Source: Propionibacteriaceae bacterium
Lineage (GTDB): Bacteria; Actinomycetota; Actinomycetes; Propionibacteriales; Propionibacteriaceae
Assembly (NCBI GenBank): GCA_031256725.1
Contig: JAIRQE010000006.1
Span: 120,001 to 152,000, forward strand
DNA: 32,000 nt
Direction of reading: 5' to 3'
Under the pieces are notes generated by a model that saw only the letters and a program-made list of their open reading frames with translations, was not told the origin of the DNA and did not search any database. The position numbers and the translations under genes are program-made. Positions 1-7,793 of this stretch are shown piece by piece. Every line of letters starts with the position of its first letter. The stretch's first letter is position 1.

Positions 1-35
1 CGGTAGAATTGAAAGCCAGAAAGGAGGAATCGACC

Positions 36-224
36 ATGGTAACTGTTATGACTGAAGAGCAGGTTGATGAAGCCATCCTCCTTTCGGATGCGGCACTCGC
101 GGCGGCTGGACATTCATACCATGACGCGGCCAACGAAGCCGACCTACGTGAAGCACTGCGGGGGCGAATGACTTTCGATGAGGTGGTTCGTCGTGGCATC
201 GAGCGGATACAGCACGGTGAGTGA
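36..224 (+). CDS. Small VbhA-like antitoxin of the Fic toxin (62 aa)
   Basis: The ATG at 36 follows AAGGAGG (20-27). The protein is small and acidic. Its C-terminal ...LREALRGRMTFDEVVRRGIERI resembles VbhA-family antitoxins. Its stop (222-224) overlaps the GTG start of the downstream Fic gene (GTGAGTGA). I did not see the expected inhibitory (S/T)xxxE(G/N) motif. Confidence 0.55.
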   Translation: MVTVMTEEQVDEAILLSDAALAAAGHSYHDAANEADLREALRGRMTFDEVVRRGIERIQHGE

Positions 225-966
225 GTTTTCCAACTGGGAGAGTTACTTCTGGCCTGGTACATCTGTTCTGAAAAATCTGGCAAACGAAGGAAATCAGCCT
301 ATTCTCACAGACCTTGAACTCATGGCAACCAGGGTTCGAGGAGCCGAAATCGCGTCTCACCCCATTAAAGGCGACTTTGACTTGGCGCATCTATGCGAAA
401 TCCACCACCATCTATTCCAAGATATCTATGAATGGGCTGGTCAACTGCGTACTGCTCCAGCATTTCCGGTGGCCATGTTCAAGGGTGGACCGTCACCAGA
501 ATCCATTGCTCACGGCGTATTTGATGCAGACGATAAACACCCCTATCGATACTTCCCAGCAGGCGAAGCGATGGAATCCCACCTTAAGGATTGGTTCGCC
601 AGGCTAAATCAGATTCGCGGTGAAGCTCTAGATGCAGCAGCATTCGCTTCATCCCTTGCAGAACCTTGGGGAGAAATCAACGCAGCTCATCCTTTTCGAG
701 AAGGAAACACCCGAGCACAGGTCTTCTTCTTTGCTCAGTTTGCAGCAGAGGAGGGACACTTCCTGGACTACGAGCGCTTCGCAACAGATGAGTACTTCCG
801 TTTGAAGTTCAATGCTGGTCGCTTTCTCATCCAGCATGACACCGATACATCTCTCTTGACCGAAGCCCTTGAACTAATCATCGACCGACGGATGACAGGC
901 AAACCTCGAAGCTATGGTGGGATGCTCCCTGCATATGAACCTCATTACATTTCTGAGAGTGACTAA
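217..966 (+). CDS. Fic/DOC (Fido) domain protein, putative toxin of a class I Fic TA pair
   Basis: The Fic active-site motif HPFREGNTRAQV is at 688-723. The N-terminal WESYFWPGTSVLKN...IKGDFDLAHLCEIHHHLFQDIYEWAGQLR is typical of VbhT/FicT-like proteins. I chose the GTG at 217 (4-nt overlap with the antitoxin stop) rather than the track start at 178, which would overlap the antitoxin by 47 nt. Confidence 0.85.
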   Translation: MSEFSNWESYFWPGTSVLKNLANEGNQPILTDLELMATRVRGAEIASHPIKGDFDLAHLCEIHHHLFQDIYEWAGQLRTAPAFPVAMFKGGPSPESIAHGVFDADDKHPYRYFPAGEAMESHLKDWFARLNQIRGEALDAAAFASSLAEPWGEINAAHPFREGNTRAQVFFFAQFAAEEGHFLDYERFATDEYFRLKFNAGRFLIQHDTDTSLLTEALELIIDRRMTGKPRSYGGMLPAYEPHYISESD

Positions 967-1420
967 GGAAACTGGAAATGGCACCGATGGGCCATCAGTC
1001 TTCAGGTGGCATCACTGTCAAGGACAGCATTCCCGACTCTTGATTATTACGTGCAGCCTAAATCAGCACTGTTCGCTTTCTAGCCCTTTCCTTCTCCTGA
1101 TAAGAAAGCCAGCAACGTCTTCCCATCTCCCTGAATGCGGTCTCTAGATGAGTAAAGAACTCCTCTGCTTGGATGACCTCTTGAGGCTTAGGCATGTATG
1201 TCTTATCGTGTCGTTGAATCTCTTGCACTGGCATAATGATTCCTTCCTGGCTCAAGCATATTCGAAATAATCGAAAACCAAGTCACTTTAAAGAGACGAG
1301 TTCTCATGACTCGTATGGAGTAGGTCACGAAGAAACTGAGCCCAGTTCGTTCCATGTGAACCAGGTGATTGTTGACTGAAGAAAGTGATCAATCTGTAAA
1401 TGAGAATTTTTCTCCTTTAG

Positions 1421-1449
1421 TTGTACTATACGTCTATTCTGAGTAGACT
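1421..1449 (+). promoter_or_regulatory. Candidate sigma-70-type promoter for the ATPase/RloB operon
   Basis: TTGTAC (1421-1426), a 17-nt spacer, then TAGACT (1444-1449). It lies in an AT-rich intergenic region about 43 nt upstream of the ATG at 1492. Pattern match only. Confidence 0.3.
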
Positions 1450-1491
1450 CATGAGAAGAAATCTGAAGTTTTTCCTCGTTTGGAGGGTTCA

Positions 1492-2808
1492 ATGTTAGTG
1501 AACTTTACAGTGGAGAATTGGCGATCATTCCGTGACCCCACTTCTTTGTCTATGATTGCCACACGTGAGAAGAACCATGGACGTCGCCTAACCAAAATAG
1601 TGAAGCATAAAATGCGACTGCTGCCAGTTGCGGCGATTTATGGGGGAAACGCTTCTGGGAAGACTGGCCTGATCGAGGCGATGTCTTTTGCTCAGATGAT
1701 CATTCTTCGATCAGAAAAATCAGATCGCCCTATCCCCGCAGAGCCGTTTCTGCTCAACTCTGAGTCTAAAGAAAGTCCTAGTCGCTTTTCTTTCACTTTT
1801 TTGGCCGATGATCGACTATTCGAGTACGAGTTCTCCTGCACACTGAGAACGATCATTTACGAACAACTAACTGAATTTCTTGGGGCACGTAAGCGGGTTT
1901 TCTTTGTTCGCAATAACGATAAAGTGATCATAGATACTACATTGCCCGACGCAGAGCGTCTTCAGTTTGCCTTTTTGGGAACAAATCAGAATCAGCTATT
2001 CCTCAACAACGCAGTGTCACAGAAAATCGCAACCTTCGATGTAGCCTATGACTGGTTCGAAGCACTTCACATCATTGGCCCACATTCGCATTTTGGCCCT
2101 TGCAGGCATTTCTTCAGCAGTGATCATGGTTTTGCCGAACAAGTCAATGACATGCTGAGACAATTGGACACTGGAATCACTGGGTTAGGTAGTAGGAGAG
2201 TATCTCCTGAAGATGTTGGTATGTCTGAGGTTTTCCGGAAAAGAATGGAAAGAGACCTGAGAGAGGGTGAATCCAGATCGATATACAGACCTCTTGATCA
2301 GGCTCCTTTGATCGCCTCTCGGGAAGACGGACAATTGTGTCTATTTAAACAGGTCTCGCATCATTTGGCTGATGATGGATCAATTGCAGCCTTCGATCTT
2401 GATGACGAATCTGAAGGATCCAGGCGTCTTATTGATCTATTACCACCCTTTCTTGATCTAGTTGATCCCGAGACACCCACGGTCCTCATCATTGATGAAA
2501 TTGATCGCAGTTTACATACTTTACTTTTGCGCCGACTACTCGAATGGTACCTAGAATCACGTGCTTCAGAAAGCAGAACTCAGTTAGTGTTCACGACGCA
2601 CGATGTGCTACTCATGGATCAGGTCCTTTTTCGTCGAGATGAAATGTGGGTTACTGAACGTGAAATTGATGGTTCGTCTAAGTTGTTCGCCTTGAGTGAT
2701 TATGAGGGGATTCGGTACGACAAAGATATTCGCAAGAGCTACCTTCAAGGACGACTGGGTGGCATTCCGAGAATCCTCCTAAGCGCTGAATCGAGGTTCA
2801 ATGAGTAG
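1492..2808 (+). CDS. AAA_15/AAA_21-type (ABC/OLD-like) ATPase, AbiLi-like
   Basis: Walker A is YGGNASGKTG (about 1642-1668), Walker B is LIIDEIDRSLH, and a downstream FTTHD motif is present. The ATG at 1492 follows GGAGGG; the track start at 1480 is a TTG. The gene overlaps the next gene by 8 nt. Confidence 0.85.
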   Translation: MLVNFTVENWRSFRDPTSLSMIATREKNHGRRLTKIVKHKMRLLPVAAIYGGNASGKTGLIEAMSFAQMIILRSEKSDRPIPAEPFLLNSESKESPSRFSFTFLADDRLFEYEFSCTLRTIIYEQLTEFLGARKRVFFVRNNDKVIIDTTLPDAERLQFAFLGTNQNQLFLNNAVSQKIATFDVAYDWFEALHIIGPHSHFGPCRHFFSSDHGFAEQVNDMLRQLDTGITGLGSRRVSPEDVGMSEVFRKRMERDLREGESRSIYRPLDQAPLIASREDGQLCLFKQVSHHLADDGSIAAFDLDDESEGSRRLIDLLPPFLDLVDPETPTVLIIDEIDRSLHTLLLRRLLEWYLESRASESRTQLVFTTHDVLLMDQVLFRRDEMWVTEREIDGSSKLFALSDYEGIRYDKDIRKSYLQGRLGGIPRILLSAESRFNE

Positions 2809-3382
2809 TCCACGTAGACCACACCGTACTCAGGGTCGCCTTCCGTATCGCAAGAGATTTGTCGTGGCTACAGAAGGGATAAAGACTGAACGTGAATACC
2901 TGGCTTTAATTAATAGGGAACGAATAACCGTGAACTGGGTACGTCCGGACAGCAGTAACCCGATGGGAGTACTCAAAGCCATGAAACGCCATATTGAAAA
3001 GGAACCACTACGTCGTGGCGATGAAGCCTGGATTGTCATTGATAGAGACCACTGGGCAGAAACTGAGCTCAATGATGTTGCGTCTTGGGCGAACAGTCAA
3101 CCGAACCATGGAATGGCCCTAAGCAATCCCAAGTTTGAGTACTGGATGCTCCTTCACTTTGAGGATGCAAAAGGTGTGTCCACCTCCTACGAAATCAAGA
3201 ATAAACTGAGGCAATACCTACCAAGCTATGTAAAACAAGTGGCACCAAGCGACTTTAGTGAAGAAAACATTGCAAGAGCTATTGTCAGAGCCAAATCTCA
3301 AGATGACAACACACATGATTGGCCTAAGAGCCCTGGGCAAACAACTGTTTACAGACTAATTGAACGAATGCTTGAGGCTTGA
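2801..3382 (+). CDS. RloB-like (Toprim-related) protein, AbiLii-like partner
   Basis: It carries the RloB-family hallmarks FVVATEGIKTEREY, WIVIDRDHW and SNPKFEYWMLLHF. Its ATG at 2801 overlaps the ATPase stop (2806-2808), which implies translational coupling. Confidence 0.85.
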   Translation: MSSPRRPHRTQGRLPYRKRFVVATEGIKTEREYLALINRERITVNWVRPDSSNPMGVLKAMKRHIEKEPLRRGDEAWIVIDRDHWAETELNDVASWANSQPNHGMALSNPKFEYWMLLHFEDAKGVSTSYEIKNKLRQYLPSYVKQVAPSDFSEENIARAIVRAKSQDDNTHDWPKSPGQTTVYRLIERMLEA

Positions 3383-3560
3383 TTGGGACTTTCGGATTAG
3401 CGGTGTAAGTGGCGGTTTTCATTAGCGTTCCTCTGTCGGCGTGCGGTCTGCAAAGGTGATTGCGAAAGCGTGGAGTGCTGGTTTCTATCGTTGGATCATT
3501 GAAAACCAGAAGGTCCGAGTTCTTAGTTAGCCTCGCAAAGATCGAATCTCCCAGCTACAC

Positions 3561-3591
3561 AATTAGCACTCTCGTCGCTAGAGTGCTAATT
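3561..3591. promoter_or_regulatory. Perfect 12-bp inverted repeat (AATTAGCACTCT-N7-AGAGTGCTAATT): operator or terminator
   Basis: Read directly from the sequence. It lies 56 nt upstream of the AAA+ gene start and 179 nt downstream of the RloB stop. It overlaps a possible promoter (TTAGCA, 18 nt, TAATTT) and could equally form a 12-bp RNA stem followed by UUUGGG. Confidence 0.45.
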
Positions 3592-3646
3592 TGGGAGTAA
3601 CATAGTTACATGCGTGTGATTACGACAGTAAGAAGGCAGGTGAACC

Positions 3647-4918
3647 ATGACGACGCTGGGTGCTATGTTGAACCAAGCCTGGGCAATGCAAGCGTTGGGA
3701 GGGACAATGCCTACTAATAACTTCGTTGGCACCCCTGCTAAGGTCATACATGTTGACGTGGCAAGCAACACTGCTCATTTGAAGTACCTGAACGGCAATA
3801 TTGGTCGCATCTCTAATCTCCGTAATTTGGTAGATCTTTCTCCTGGGGAGGTAATTCTTCAGAGCGACACCAATTGGGAACTAGCCCCAAAGGAATCCTG
3901 GTATGAGGCGACTTCAATCGCAATCGTGAGAAAGGTCCTTGATGATCTTTCTGTGCTAGTCGACCATGGTTTGAACCTCACATCCATCCCAAACCGGGCG
4001 TGCATCCCAGTAGCGATCAACAATACTATTGAGTTTACTGACACCGAGGGCCTGATTCGTGTGATCTCAGAGGAACCGATCACTAGTGGAATCCTTAACC
4101 GGGAAACCAATACGACGGAATTCATCCGGAAAGAGTACCTCGTTGAGTTGGAAGAAGGAGGACTCTCTTTCTCTGACTTTGGAGGCTACCCAGAGGTCAA
4201 GTCACGCGCACTCGAATTGATCAAGACCCAGCTAGATCATCGTGAGGCCCTTGATGCAATTGGAGCAAAACCCGTGAAAGGAATCCTTTTCACTGGCCCT
4301 CCTGGAACTGGGAAGACCCACCTCGCGAGGATCATTGCGCACGAATCCAAAGCAGACTTCTTCCTCGTGAGCGGTCCAGCCATCGTCAGCAAATGGCTAG
4401 GAGACTCTGAAGGAACTCTGCGAGCGCTTTTCGAGGCCGCAACAGGGTCCGAATCTGGCAGGGCCATTATCTTCTTCGATGAGATTGACAGCATAGCTGA
4501 GAACCGAGCCGGCGACACTCACGAATCTTCCAGACGGCTTGTGGCCCAGTTGCTGGCGCTCATGGACGGTTTCGAAGAAGCCCCAAAGGGTGTTATTGTG
4601 ATAGCGGCAACCAACCGGGCTGACGCCCTCGACCCAGCCCTCACCAGGCCAGGTAGATTCGACTGGGAAATTGAGTTTGGTATGCCAAGTTTGAATGACC
4701 GTCTGGAGATACTCCAAGTCGGAGCGAGTCAGGTCTCAACCATAGGCAATCTACCACTAACCGAAGTAGCCGCGTTGACAGAAGGCTGGTCAGCTGCGGA
4801 GCTTAGCTCCATGTGGACCGAGGCAGCTCTAGTTGCAGCAAAAGATGAGCGAAAAGCCATTGCGGGGGAAGACCTTGCTTGGGCTTTTGAGAGGGTACAA
4901 AGCAGACCAAGGCAATAG
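3647..4918 (+). CDS. Classical-clade AAA+ ATPase (FtsH/proteasomal-ATPase-like single AAA module) with a novel beta-rich N-terminal region of about 200 aa
   Basis: Walker A GPPGTGKT (4295-4318). Pore loop 1 K-W-L-G (4391-4402). Walker B IIFFDEID. Second region of homology ATNRADALDPALTRPGRFD. Lid helix bundle LTEGWSAAELSSMWTEAAL. Residues 1-200 show two stretches patterned like the OB/beta-barrel interdomains of PAN/Mpa/ARC (for example VIHVDVASNTAHLKYLNG...LSPGEVIL). Confidence 0.9.
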   Translation: MTTLGAMLNQAWAMQALGGTMPTNNFVGTPAKVIHVDVASNTAHLKYLNGNIGRISNLRNLVDLSPGEVILQSDTNWELAPKESWYEATSIAIVRKVLDDLSVLVDHGLNLTSIPNRACIPVAINNTIEFTDTEGLIRVISEEPITSGILNRETNTTEFIRKEYLVELEEGGLSFSDFGGYPEVKSRALELIKTQLDHREALDAIGAKPVKGILFTGPPGTGKTHLARIIAHESKADFFLVSGPAIVSKWLGDSEGTLRALFEAATGSESGRAIIFFDEIDSIAENRAGDTHESSRRLVAQLLALMDGFEEAPKGVIVIAATNRADALDPALTRPGRFDWEIEFGMPSLNDRLEILQVGASQVSTIGNLPLTEVAALTEGWSAAELSSMWTEAALVAAKDERKAIAGEDLAWAFERVQSRPRQ

Positions 4919-4932
4919 AGAAGTAGGAGCCC

Positions 4933-6255
4933 ATGATGGGATTACGCGAAAAATGGGAAAAACACAAGAAGAAAAAACAGCAGATAGATTCACTTAACAG
5001 CAACCCAGAACCGGTGTTACGAGATTTTGTCTATCTAGATGAGCAGAGTCTACAAAGCCTACTGTCCTCAACTAGTGGCGAAATTGCAGACCATCGATCA
5101 GAAAGCACTTCGGAGGGCATCAACAGTGAATTTGGAGCCTCGATAGGAGCAGGGAGTCCCTCTCCCCTGAAAGCAGAGGTTTCCTCTCGGTTTCAAGCCA
5201 CAGATACACGAATGGTCCAAACATCCCGCCGAGCGACAGTCCAGTCTTGGTTTCGCGATTTTCATAAAATCGCTAATCTCAAACTCTTGGATCTGGGGAA
5301 GGCTAGAGTCGAGAAGAAGCCTGATTTGTCTGAAGTGAAGGAGACATCACTCCTTGCATCAACATCACAACTTAGGCGTGGAGAACTCATTGAGCTACGA
5401 GTGAGGCTCGCTCCAGATCCAGTGTATTCATTGAGCGCAGTGATGTCGGAATATGCATACATCGCTCAAGCGAATCCGGACATGTTTGGGGCTAGTGATA
5501 AGAAAGTACTATCTCAACTCCTTCAGGTAAACACTATTATGGAACGGCTTCTAGTCGGTCTTATCCCAATCAAGGCTACTGCAATTGACTATTCGGTGTA
5601 TGAGGCCAATGGTGAGCTATGCATAATTCATAATGATCTTATTCAGAATGCATCAACGGCAATGAGTCAACTAAAGATCACTGGGGTAACTGATCACTCC
5701 TCTTATTGGAAAGACCTACGTCGCGTCCTCTTCGCAGATTCCGAGTTCACATTACTTGGGAGAATTAGCCAAAGTGGAATCAAGTCCACCTGGACACCTG
5801 TGAAACTTGCGGATGTTTTCGGAATCGTAAAACCCGACCTTGTACATCAATTCCAGGAGTTGTCCCAAATGACAAACATTGACTTGGGAATAAAGGATTC
5901 AACACTCATGTTGGCTTTGCGCTCCTATGCCCAAACGCTTCTTGCTCAACAATCCATCACTTTGGGGGAGGTGCAGCAACAGCTTCTTGAGGAGAGAATA
6001 TGTGGTCTCCGGAGTGAAGGAGTTCCAATTTCTTCACAATGCAAGGCATTTAGTGTGGTTCGCGAACTCTTGCAGGATTGGTTTGACATTGAAATCGATC
6101 CTTCGGATGATGTCGCTTTGCGTGAACAAGCTCGCAATGAAAATGGACTGTCGCTCTTTGGTACACAAACTCAATCTAGCTCACCAATCGAGAAGACTCA
6201 GCCAAATAAGAAAGAGCACCTACTCGAAGTGGAAATCATCGCGATTTACTGGTAG
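4933..6255 (+). CDS. Uncharacterised 440-aa partner of the AAA+ ATPase (possibly DUF6414/DolA-like)
   Basis: The ATG lies 14 nt after the ATPase stop and follows AGGAG. The ORF is long and clean. The N-terminus is Lys-rich, followed by FVYLDEQSLQSLLSS and a Ser/Gly-rich segment. There are no TM helices and I recognise no catalytic motif. The C-terminus ends ...VEIIAIYW. Confidence 0.75.
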   Translation: MMGLREKWEKHKKKKQQIDSLNSNPEPVLRDFVYLDEQSLQSLLSSTSGEIADHRSESTSEGINSEFGASIGAGSPSPLKAEVSSRFQATDTRMVQTSRRATVQSWFRDFHKIANLKLLDLGKARVEKKPDLSEVKETSLLASTSQLRRGELIELRVRLAPDPVYSLSAVMSEYAYIAQANPDMFGASDKKVLSQLLQVNTIMERLLVGLIPIKATAIDYSVYEANGELCIIHNDLIQNASTAMSQLKITGVTDHSSYWKDLRRVLFADSEFTLLGRISQSGIKSTWTPVKLADVFGIVKPDLVHQFQELSQMTNIDLGIKDSTLMLALRSYAQTLLAQQSITLGEVQQQLLEERICGLRSEGVPISSQCKAFSVVRELLQDWFDIEIDPSDDVALREQARNENGLSLFGTQTQSSSPIEKTQPNKKEHLLEVEIIAIYW

Positions 6256-6372
6256 AAAAAACAGGGGTTACCTGGATGGACTGACTCTGAGTGATATCAA
6301 TAATCGAGTGCCATTATCTGGATCTCTAAACCAATATGACGACAAAGCTACAGTACTGCTACTCTCGATGTT

Positions 6373-7029
6373 GTGAAAAGGAATGTTTCTAGAACCACCT
6401 CGGGACGCAAGCATGTTTTCAATTTCATCATGGGTGTTTTTACAGGCGCAATAGCTCTTATTCTTGGAACTCTTGCTCTTCAAGCTCTTTTCCCACAAGA
6501 TAGCCCCACTTCTTTACCGCGAGAGACAGTAACTGTAACTCATACACCCTCATCAATCAGCACACCCACGAATCCATCCCAGGCACCAACTGAAGCTGAG
6601 ACTGGAGGTTCTACAAGTCTCTTTGAAAGACCCTTAATAGATAGTAAGCGCTACAATGAATACCACCAAGGTGGTACCCTTTTCCAAGACTCATATGGAA
6701 ATAGATACAATGAATGCCACTCTTTCAGCGCTGGGAACTACACAACCTCGTATGCCGTCTATAACTTAGATCGAAATTATACCTATTTTAATGCTTTGAT
6801 TGTTGGGAGCAGCGAGATTCGCTCTGAAAACACTTTCGTAATTCGAGTACTCCTGGACGAGAAGCAAATCTTCATCAAAGATGATTTCACTAAAAGAACT
6901 GAGCCTTTTCCGCTTTCTATCCCAATTACCGATGCGCTCCGACTCACTGTCGAAGTGTCCCTAGTAAACGATTACTGGCAAAGCGACGAAGGGTCCACCA
7001 TTTACTTAGTTAACGCAACGGTCTCATAG
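6373..7029 (+). CDS. Single-pass membrane-anchored protein with a Pro/Thr/Ser linker and a C-terminal NPCBM-like beta-sandwich
   Basis: A basic N-tail is followed by a hydrophobic helix FNFIMGVFTGAIALILGTLALQALF (about 6421-6495) and a PT-rich linker. The C-terminal pattern AVYNLDRNYTYFNALIVG...FVIRVLLDEKQIF...LRLTVEV resembles NPCBM/discoidin-like domains. The start is uncertain (GTG at 6373 or ATG at 6430). Confidence 0.6.
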   Translation: MKRNVSRTTSGRKHVFNFIMGVFTGAIALILGTLALQALFPQDSPTSLPRETVTVTHTPSSISTPTNPSQAPTEAETGGSTSLFERPLIDSKRYNEYHQGGTLFQDSYGNRYNECHSFSAGNYTTSYAVYNLDRNYTYFNALIVGSSEIRSENTFVIRVLLDEKQIFIKDDFTKRTEPFPLSIPITDALRLTVEVSLVNDYWQSDEGSTIYLVNATVS

Positions 7030-7371
7030 CCGTCGATCAAAGACAGGTCTCTTGTTTAAGATACCTTTCATTGAAATGTTCTCGGAACCGATTCACTCGA
7101 ACAGCTGCGGCGCAATACTGAAATGGCCAAGAAAGCCAGGCGCTGCCTAATGAAGCTTGAACGAGTATTCAGAAACTGACTCTCCTGGAATCAGGGATTA
7201 TCCTCGGAGATTTCATCTGCATTTCATATCTGAAAGACTCATGAATCTCCTGGATCACCCTTTCTGTTAATCGATAATGCCTCCTCTGTTGTGGGTTCGC
7301 TGGCTTACCACCCAACCCACGGACCGAGGACAATTCATAGAGGTCTCGATATGCAACAGTGGCACATAAGG

Positions 7372-7752
7372 GGCTCTTCACAATCGAGAGTGTAGATAGG
7401 GTCTGAATCCTCCGGTTTCGAGTAGGGATCGGGCGATGTAGTGGGTGAGGTTTCTGAAGCCGAGGGCGATACCGCCGAGGTGTTCGAGTCTTCCGTTGAT
7501 AGCTTCGGTGGGGCCGTTCGAGGTGTGGGGATGATGGAAGTAGGCGAGGATGTCACCCATGCGTCGTTTCAGGGTCCGGCCAAGACGTTTGATTTCCACG
7601 TATCCTGGGGGTATCCCGTAACAGATGGACATGATGAGGTGTTTCAATCGGGTTCGTCCACGGGTGCGATCCGGGTCTCGGTAGGCAGCGACGATACGCT
7701 GGTAGACACTCTGATAGTATCCAAGAAGCGTCAGCGTGGATCGGTGACTACA
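7372..7752 (-). mobile_element. ISL3-family insertion sequence remnant (3' fragment of the transposase plus terminal inverted repeat)
   Basis: Minus-strand translation gives ...LAYFHHPHTSNGPTEAINGRLEHLGGIALGFRNLTHYIARSLLETGGFRP, a typical ISL3 transposase C-terminus. An upstream in-frame extension ...YYQSVYQRIVAAYRDPDRTRGRTRLKHLI stops at an in-frame TAG (7753-7755). An ISL3-type terminal repeat GGCTCTTCACAATCG begins at 7372. The first two-thirds or so of the transposase is missing. Confidence 0.75.
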
Positions 7753-7793
7753 CTAGCCAGCACCAACAACCGCGACAGGGTCCAGACTGATGG

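Noticed and set aside
178-216. Track start of the Fic ORF at 178, giving a 262-aa version
   Set aside because: This start would overlap the antitoxin gene by 47 nt. The conserved Fic N-terminus (…WESYFWPGT) begins just after the GTG at 217, which also forms the GTGAGTGA start/stop overlap.
1058-1255. 65-aa minus-strand ORF between the Fic and ATPase genes
   Set aside because: It has no convincing RBS and I recognise no family. At most it weakly resembles the C-terminal part of a Phd/YefM-type antitoxin (…EVIQAEEFFTHLE…), so it may be a gene remnant. I cannot support it as a feature.
5927-6376. 149-aa + strand ORF overlapping the 3' end of the 440-aa partner gene in another frame
   Set aside because: It is an alternative frame of a well-supported longer ORF. 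Its composition is unprotein-like (Cys/Arg/Ser-rich) and it has no RBS.
7169-7381. 70-aa minus-strand ORF next to the IS end
   Set aside because: Its first codons lie inside the ISL3 terminal repeat, so it is a chimeric read-out across the IS boundary. It has no recognisable motif.
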